Shown here: positions 58,518 to 64,000 of the stretch, one piece after another | Position numbering within the stretch: the stretch's first letter is position 1 | How the letters are laid out: the number at the start of each line of letters is the position of its first letter | Virus record (IMG/VR): IMGVR_UViG_3300006148_000272 | Direction: 5' to 3' (one strand) | Source: an uncultured virus (IMG/VR IMGVR_UViG_3300006148_000272) | Lineage: Duplodnaviria; Heunggongvirae; Uroviricota; Caudoviricetes | DNA length: 64,000 nt | Made by a program: the position numbers and the translations under genes | Notes under the pieces: model-generated | What the model saw: only the letters and a program-made list of their open reading frames with translations | What the model was told of the DNA's origin: nothing | The model's database searches: none

Positions 58518-59654
58518 ATGAATAGAAAAAAAACATACCAGTTGCCCATGCTGACCATGCAAGCCGGAACCTCCGGCGCCGTGGCGGTCGTGGACGTTAC
58601 CGGGGTTATTGGGTGGGATGACGCCCAATGCCTTGAATTTGCCGATAAGCTGAAAGCCGCCGCCAATCAGGGCGCGTCCAGCATCACCTTGCGCGTGAAC
58701 TCGCCCGGCGGGGACGTTTTTTCCGCGTTGAGCATGTACGATGCCATCCGTTCATGCAAGATCCCTGTCCGGGCGGAAGTTCATGGCCTGGCCGCCAGCG
58801 CGGCAAGCCTGCTGTGCATGGCCGCCGATACGGTAGCTATGAGCGAAAGCGCTAAATTCATGGTACATCAGCCCTATGCGGGCGTTTGGGGGAACCCGGA
58901 TGAAATCATGAATTATGCGGCCATGCTGATCAAAGAACGGGAACGCATGTTTGCCATCTATGGCGGAAAATGCGGAAAGTCCTGGGAACAGGTCAGCAAT
59001 GACCATAAGGCAAGCGTCTATTACAGCGCCGCGGAAGCCATTGCTTACGGCTTTGTGGATGAAGTCATCCATGACGACGAAAGCGCCGGAAACGGTGAGG
59101 ACGACGAAGAAGAAAACGCCGGAGACGAAGACGACGAATCCACAGCCACCGCGGAAACCGGCAACAATGACGAAGAAGACGACGAAAGCCCTACAGGGGA
59201 AGAAGGGGACGACGAAGACGAAGAAACCGCCCCGGCGGCAGGCATGACCGGAAGCCGCCTGAACCTGAAAAACGCCGCGGGGGGCATCTGCATGCGTATT
59301 TTTGGCCTTACGGGATCCGGGAAGAAAAAGGATCCCTTGAAAGCGCTGAAAATGCAGAACAGCCGCCTGGCTGCCATGAACAAGGGACTGAAGGCCCAAG
59401 TGGCGAAGCTGAAAGCCGCCCAGGATCAACAGGCGGCAATCACGGAACAACTGGTGGAAAAACAGGTTACGGCCAGATTGGCGTCCCTGAATATTCCCGC
59501 TTCCGATCTTCCGTCAGCCACGGAAACCGAAATGACCGCCCCGGCGCAAACGGTAGCCCTGCCCGCCAGCAGGGAAGAATTCATGTCTCTGACCGTGGAT
59601 GACCGCCTTGCTGTCACGTCCGCCTATCCGGAGGCCGTGAAAAAATGGCTTTGA
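58518..59654 (+). CDS. ClpP-type prohead protease with scaffold-like C-terminus
   Basis: VNSPGGDV, GLAASAAS and FMVHQP motifs; acidic linker and coiled coil. Confidence 0.9.
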   Translation: MNRKKTYQLPMLTMQAGTSGAVAVVDVTGVIGWDDAQCLEFADKLKAAANQGASSITLRVNSPGGDVFSALSMYDAIRSCKIPVRAEVHGLAASAASLLCMAADTVAMSESAKFMVHQPYAGVWGNPDEIMNYAAMLIKERERMFAIYGGKCGKSWEQVSNDHKASVYYSAAEAIAYGFVDEVIHDDESAGNGEDDEEENAGDEDDESTATAETGNNDEEDDESPTGEEGDDEDEETAPAAGMTGSRLNLKNAAGGICMRIFGLTGSGKKKDPLKALKMQNSRLAAMNKGLKAQVAKLKAAQDQQAAITEQLVEKQVTARLASLNIPASDLPSATETEMTAPAQTVALPASREEFMSLTVDDRLAVTSAYPEAVKKWL

Positions 59655-59720
59655 ATGCGATTGAGATTCCTACGTCCCGGCCCGTCAGACCGGAGAATCA
59701 ACCAAGAAAGAAATCATACG

Positions 59721-60104
59721 ATGCCAACTCTTTACGGTACAACGCCGGAATTCGGGATCAAAAACAGCGAATCCGGGATCCTTGTCGAAAGCATGAATTT
59801 TGACGGGTCCATGGAGAAATACGAACAGAAGGATCATATGGGAAAAGTCATTGGTGTTTACATCATTGACGAAAAATTAAGCTTCAGCATGTCCGGAGCC
59901 CTCCCCCTGGGAGGGGATTATACGCTGACCATGGGAAGCACCCTCCTTTTGAATAATACCATTCCGCCCATTTGGAACAACACGCCCAAAGCCACAACGG
60001 TATTCATTGAGACTGTCAAGCGCAGCATGACCAACACGGGCCCCGTGAAACTGGACGTGAGTGGAACCGTTTATGCGTTCGGAAGCGCTTCTTCCGAAGA
60101 ATAA
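59721..60104 (+). CDS. Structural protein, possibly tail-tube-like
   Basis: Beta-rich 127 aa; probable start MPTLYG at 59721. Confidence 0.5.
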   Translation: MPTLYGTTPEFGIKNSESGILVESMNFDGSMEKYEQKDHMGKVIGVYIIDEKLSFSMSGALPLGGDYTLTMGSTLLLNNTIPPIWNNTPKATTVFIETVKRSMTNTGPVKLDVSGTVYAFGSASSEE

Positions 60105-60144
60105 CAACATATTAACATTCAACTATTAGAAAACAAAAAAACAT

Positions 60145-61149
60145 ATGACTATCGCAAATAAAGGAAACAAGCCGTTTAATATGAAGGATCTGTTCCCGGT
60201 CACCAATTTGACCGACCAGAAGCCCAGCATGCACATGGCGGAAAACACGAACAGCATTGCCGGCCTGGGCTGGAAAACTGTTGCAAGCAAAAGCCTTGCC
60301 GCGGTAAGCGAGGTTTTTGCCCCGCTGGACCGTTATACAACGGACTACACGGACGAAATTGTGACTTTTGGGCCAGGACGGGCCGTCACGCTAACCATTG
60401 AAATTGCCAGGGAAGTAGGGGAAGCCCTCAAGAACCCGGAAGATTGGAACGTTTCAGCCGTCAAAACGGATGCCGTCAGCATTGAGTGCAACCGCTACAG
60501 CCGCCCGTTCCTGGTCACGTCCTATGACATGGCCGCCGGAAGCCGCCTGGAAGGGAAGCTGAACAAGGCTATTGAAACCGTAGCCAAGGCCGTCCTGAAG
60601 GACTTGCACACGCAGATCAAGACCGCCGCGCCGGAAGTAATTTCCGGCGTGACGCTGGAAAGCTTCACGCCGGAATACGTGGCAACCGTGCTTTCCGGAC
60701 TGATCATCCCGGAAGTGTCCGCCCTGACGGTGAATCCCACCTACCACGCCAAGCTGACGCCTTATAACGCGGACAGCCTGAAATTGGAAACCGGCGTGTA
60801 CGGGATTGGCGGCATTTACAAGGCTACCGGCCTGGAAGCCCTGTCTGACGATAAAAAAACCATTGGATATATGGGATATGAAAATGCCATCGGCATCATC
60901 AGCCGCCAGCCCTTGATTCCCACCGAAAACGGCGCCATTTTCGTTTCCGAACTGGGCAGCGTCGGAGGCATCAAGCTTTACCTGAAACAATGGGTTGTGC
61001 CTGGGATGGAAGGGGTTATGCACTCCGTAGAAGCCGCCGTGGGAACCGTCGTGGCCCTACCGGAAAATCTGCGGTTGTTGAGTACCGCCGCCGCGGCATC
61101 CGGAACCGCGTCCGAAAAAGACGCCGGAGAAGAAGACCCCGCGGCATAA
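60145..61149 (+). CDS. Putative major capsid protein
   Basis: 334 aa in the head module, followed by a terminator. Confidence 0.65.
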   Translation: MTIANKGNKPFNMKDLFPVTNLTDQKPSMHMAENTNSIAGLGWKTVASKSLAAVSEVFAPLDRYTTDYTDEIVTFGPGRAVTLTIEIAREVGEALKNPEDWNVSAVKTDAVSIECNRYSRPFLVTSYDMAAGSRLEGKLNKAIETVAKAVLKDLHTQIKTAAPEVISGVTLESFTPEYVATVLSGLIIPEVSALTVNPTYHAKLTPYNADSLKLETGVYGIGGIYKATGLEALSDDKKTIGYMGYENAIGIISRQPLIPTENGAIFVSELGSVGGIKLYLKQWVVPGMEGVMHSVEAAVGTVVALPENLRLLSTAAAASGTASEKDAGEEDPAA

Positions 61150-61175
61150 CCTGTCCGGTATTTGTTGAACTATGA

Positions 61176-61219
61176 GCCGCCGTCGGAACCGTGCAAACGT
61201 CCGGGCGGCGGCCCTTTTT
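61176..61219 (+). terminator. Terminator after the capsid gene
   Basis: GCCGCCG...CGGCGGC followed by CCTTTTT. Confidence 0.6.
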
Positions 61220-61234
61220 CCGAAATTATCATCA

Positions 61235-61567
61235 ATGAGTGTACGTGAGTTATTAACCGCCGGCGGGAATGACATGATCCGGGAATTGGGGGAACGTGTA
61301 CGGCTGTTGCGCAAAGGGAACGTGTATGCGGATTGTTACGCCGTTGTTTCCCCCGCCGCCGTGGGGTACACCGTGGAAATTGGAGGCGCGGAAAAACAGG
61401 TTACGGCACATTGCATGTTGAGAGCTCATGACCTTCCCAAGCTTCCGCGGGCCGGGGACCGCCTCACCGTTTCCGCCCCGCTGGGGGATCAGCCGGTCAT
61501 ATATTATATTACCACGGTAACGAGCGGCAACACGGATCCTATGATCCACATGGATCTTGCATCATGA
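61235..61567 (+). CDS. Putative head-closure (gpFII-like) protein
   Basis: PRAGDRLTV pattern; probable start 61235. Confidence 0.55.
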   Translation: MSVRELLTAGGNDMIRELGERVRLLRKGNVYADCYAVVSPAAVGYTVEIGGAEKQVTAHCMLRAHDLPKLPRAGDRLTVSAPLGDQPVIYYITTVTSGNTDPMIHMDLAS

Positions 61568-62334
61568 AAGTCCGTTCGGAATTCAACATGGCCGGCTTCA
61601 CCCGGCTTTGCCGGGAACTGGAAGCCGGCGCCCAGGAAGCGGCCCATGAAGCCGCCCTGGACTATGGCCGGATTTTCACCAAAGCGGCTATTGACTGGAC
61701 GCCGCCTTCAGGCGGGGGAAGAAACGGCGCCCGCGTCCAGGGAGCGGAAGCGAAAAACCGCCAGGAAACGCGGATCCGCTGGGATATTATGGGCTCTGAA
61801 TTTGCCAAGCCCCGCTATTACCGTTCCCGCGGCCAACTGATGACTTATGACGACGGAGCGCACCATCTTTCCCCGTTCATGCTCGCGCGCCCTAAAGATC
61901 CCGTGCTGATTGTGGATCCGCGCACGCACTTGAAACGATTTGGGATGAAACGCGGGCGGAAGGGAATGAAGCTGAACTGGCACGGCCCGCGGGCCTGGAC
62001 GACAAAACAGGCCCTGAACGCGGAATATAAACGGCGCCTGGCCCGCGTGGGGCGCATGGCCGCCGGATGGATGGCCGGAGCGGTATTGAGCGGACGGCAA
62101 ACCGGCATCCCCGCCTGGGTGAAACGCCACGGAACCGGCGGCGGGCGGGCCCGGCTGGTGAACCGCCGTGGGAAGTGGGAAATAATCATTACCAATTCCA
62201 CGGCCTACCACCCAAACATGAACTTTATTATCAATCAATTACTTGATGAAGTAGTGAAAGCCAAAATACGGAAGCGGGATGAAAAAGTGAAATCATGGCT
62301 GCTGAAAAAGGCGCAGTGCACCATGAGGGGATAA
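61564..62334 (+). CDS. Basic phage morphogenesis/neck protein
   Basis: 256 aa, ATGA-coupled, in the neck position. Confidence 0.55.
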   Translation: MKVRSEFNMAGFTRLCRELEAGAQEAAHEAALDYGRIFTKAAIDWTPPSGGGRNGARVQGAEAKNRQETRIRWDIMGSEFAKPRYYRSRGQLMTYDDGAHHLSPFMLARPKDPVLIVDPRTHLKRFGMKRGRKGMKLNWHGPRAWTTKQALNAEYKRRLARVGRMAAGWMAGAVLSGRQTGIPAWVKRHGTGGGRARLVNRRGKWEIIITNSTAYHPNMNFIINQLLDEVVKAKIRKRDEKVKSWLLKKAQCTMRG

Positions 62335-62355
62335 CCTCAAACATATCATGAAATC

Positions 62356-63687
62356 ATGATACCTATTTTCAAAGCAGGCGATCCTTTAAGCGCAGGAAAA
62401 TTCAATGCGCTTGGTGACAGCATCCGCCACCTGTCAGAAAACGTCAGCACCGCAGGGGAAATGATGGTTCCGCAGCATTTTGACGCCCTGCCCCTGCCGG
62501 AAATGGATTTTGCGGTCCTGTACCGGAAAGACGACGCGGGGGCCTGGGGCTGGTGTTGCCACCAGGGGCGCGTAATTGTTAAAGGAAAAGAAAATGTTGT
62601 AGGGGAAAAAGAATGGACCCTGATTGCGGGCGATACCTATACCGGGGAAATCAAGCTTGTTGTCACGCTGGATGATGCCGGGGAATTTTCTTCCGGCGTG
62701 GTCCAGGAAGGAACCGCCACGGAAGGAAGTGGAACCTCCCTGGAATTTTCGTTGGCTACCATTGGGGAAGAACTTATTTGGAGACATGCCGGGGGACCTG
62801 TTTATATTATCCGCCCGGACGAAATTGTCATTAAAGCCGGGAAAGGAATTCAGGCGGAGGAAGACGAAGAAGACGGCGCAAACGGGAATAAAATAAAAAC
62901 ATGGAAGATCAGCGCCTTGATTGAAGACGCGAAAGAACCTTCCAGCGCGGACTGTTCGCTGATTTACGAAGAAAAGGAAGACGGCGGGAACACTGATGGA
63001 GATCCTTATAAGCTTAAATTGTTATGTTCTTCTGACGGGTCCGTCAACATTGAGGACAAAGAAGGGAAGCTGTCTTTATCCGCCCAAAAAGTGGAACCTG
63101 GGGATGGGCTGGAATGGAAAAAGGACAAGGACCAGGACGGGAATGACATTGATACGCAGATTTTACAGATCAGGATTGATTCAACGGCGGTAGATTCCAA
63201 AACGCCGGGGGAAAATGGAAAATGGCCGCTGTCTTTGTCAGTATCTCCGGAGGGTTTGGCCGGGGAACTTGATTTAACGGTAGATACCAGCGTTCATGAT
63301 TTAGGTGGAGGCGCTAAGGTAGGATTGTCCACGGAGGCAGGGGCTCTTTCTCTTATAGTTACTCCTGGGGGCGACGCGGAAGAATTGAGTTTTCGCACCC
63401 CTTTGCGGAAAAATGGAAAATATGTGGTGCTGGATTATGAATCAAGTTGGTCTGATGCTGTCAACGGTGTGAAGGCAGGCTTGTTTATCCGGAATAATAA
63501 ATTGGCTGTGGAGCTGTACGCGGAAACGGCGCCGGATGGCTCTGATAGTCTTATAAGCGATTCCTGGACCGCTCTTGTATGCGACAGCGACCATGCAATA
63601 CGCCTGCACCGGGACGAAAACGGAAAAATCTATATCCAGCAGGGGGAATGGATTGTGACCTCCAAAATTTATTCACCGATAAATTAA
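62356..63687 (+). CDS. Acidic structural hypothetical protein
   Basis: 443 aa, beta-rich. Confidence 0.6.
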   Translation: MIPIFKAGDPLSAGKFNALGDSIRHLSENVSTAGEMMVPQHFDALPLPEMDFAVLYRKDDAGAWGWCCHQGRVIVKGKENVVGEKEWTLIAGDTYTGEIKLVVTLDDAGEFSSGVVQEGTATEGSGTSLEFSLATIGEELIWRHAGGPVYIIRPDEIVIKAGKGIQAEEDEEDGANGNKIKTWKISALIEDAKEPSSADCSLIYEEKEDGGNTDGDPYKLKLLCSSDGSVNIEDKEGKLSLSAQKVEPGDGLEWKKDKDQDGNDIDTQILQIRIDSTAVDSKTPGENGKWPLSLSVSPEGLAGELDLTVDTSVHDLGGGAKVGLSTEAGALSLIVTPGGDAEELSFRTPLRKNGKYVVLDYESSWSDAVNGVKAGLFIRNNKLAVELYAETAPDGSDSLISDSWTALVCDSDHAIRLHRDENGKIYIQQGEWIVTSKIYSPIN

Positions 63688-63691
63688 ATAA

Positions 63692-64000
63692 ATGAACTAC
63701 GCAATATTTTTATATCGAGACGATCACCAATGCTTGAAAATATGCATGGAACAAATACGGAGAATAGACCAGGCCGCCCAATTTTATTTATTTGATGACG
63801 CGGCGAAGCCTTTATTTCCGGCACAAGTCCCCACGGGGAACGATATATTTTACAAAATCACCTATTTTGCCCGCGGGGGGAACCTGAACGGCCTGGAATG
63901 CGTGCGCGGCATGCTGGGGTGCATGCTGGACATCCCAGGGGATGATCCGGTCATCAAGATTGACGCTGATACGCTGCTCATGGATCCGGCGGAAATCACG
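63692..64000 (+). CDS. Glycosyltransferase-like protein (GT-A fold), truncated by the window end; not in the ORF track
   Basis: MNYAIFLYRDD...YLFDD...VIKIDADTLL with a DxD motif. Confidence 0.6.
   Translation, partial: MNYAIFLYRDDHQCLKICMEQIRRIDQAAQFYLFDDAAKPLFPAQVPTGNDIFYKITYFARGGNLNGLECVRGMLGCMLDIPGDDPVIKIDADTLLMDPAEIT

Larger units (their letters stand above)
53896..64000. mobile_element. Prophage 2 (left end): lambda-type head module, continues beyond the window
   Basis: tRNA-fragment att followed by terS, GpA-type terL, gpW-like gene, lambda portal, Clp protease and capsid. Confidence 0.9.

Overview
The window is bacterial chromosome, probably Akkermansia/Verrucomicrobia, judged from a PEP-CTERM protein ending VPEPATASLSLLGLAALMMRRRV and a double-length UvrA. 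It has three parts. (1) 1-41890 is an apparently near-complete ~42 kb temperate podovirus-like prophage. It runs from a tyrosine integrase to a tRNA-Ser-like 3'-end att copy and encodes portal, scaffold, lysis genes, tail fibre, terminases, replication/recombination genes, a cI/cro switch, a two-gene low-GC moron, a 3275-aa polyvalent ejection protein, tail tubular proteins and capsid. (2) ~42000-53500 holds host genes: uvrA, secA, argA and the PEP-CTERM gene. (3) From ~53900 is the left end of a second, lambda-type prophage at a tRNA(CAT) 3'-half, with terS, terL, portal, Clp protease, capsid and a glycosyltransferase-like gene. The top observation is a multi-pass membrane protein beside the giant ejection gene that carries a 165-bp, 163/165-identical copy of that protein's N-terminal segment. 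It is a candidate 'decoy' superinfection-exclusion system. Other notable items are five copies of an 18-bp box 33-36 bp upstream of apparently leaderless late genes, an att/integrase that splits the head module, and TFS-delimited effector cassettes inside the giant protein. All functional calls come from motif recognition by eye; no database searches were run.
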